Part shown: positions 63,853 to 64,000 of the stretch, one piece after another
How the letters are laid out: every line of letters begins with the position of its first letter
How positions within the stretch are numbered: position 1 is the stretch's first letter
Assembly: GCF_001194135.2 (NCBI RefSeq)
Contig: NC_068981.1
Location: 153,729,782-153,793,781 of the forward strand
Direction: 5' to 3'
Length of the DNA stretch: 64,000 nt
From: Octopus bimaculoides
Taxonomy: Eukaryota
Translations under genes and position numbers: made by a program
The notes under the pieces: generated by a model
What the model was told of the DNA's origin: nothing
The model's input: only the letters and a program-made list of their open reading frames with translations
The model's database searches: none

Positions 63853-64000
63853 ACACACATACAGCATACATAAGACATAAGCATCAATCCGAGATTTTAA
63901 AAAAAAGTCTCAGGGCTTAATTTATTATTATATTCTTGGGGGTGATTATTTTGGCAAATATGCAATAGAAGTGGGATAGTTGGCTATGTTAATCAATAAT

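Overview
AT-rich animal genomic DNA in draft state, with seven N-gaps that mostly abut (AT)n or other repeat tracts. The repeat families and microsatellite load suggest an octopus, possibly Octopus bimaculoides (inference only). One protein-coding gene on the minus strand dominates: a RalGPS-family Ral guanine-nucleotide exchange factor (CDC25/RasGEF domain). I reconstructed eight exons by hand (31110 down to 3433), all with GT-AG junctions and a continuous frame that aligns with human RALGPS1/2 as I recall those sequences. The 3' part (end of the GEF domain, PH domain) lies beyond the left edge. Two further candidate upstream exons (41132-41201 and 62304-62389) both end in phase 2 and join the same acceptor, but cannot be joined to each other in frame, suggesting alternative N-termini. 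The introns hold several tRNA-derived SINE families, a TTAA piggyBac-like MITE, decayed LINE, Penelope, maT and Helitron fragments, and mini/microsatellites. The most notable structural observation is two nested inverted SINE pairs bracketing three phase-0 exons that total 267 nt, a candidate circRNA with a stop-free frame. No prokaryotic systems, CRISPR arrays or intact RNA genes are supported. All percent identities are by-eye estimates.
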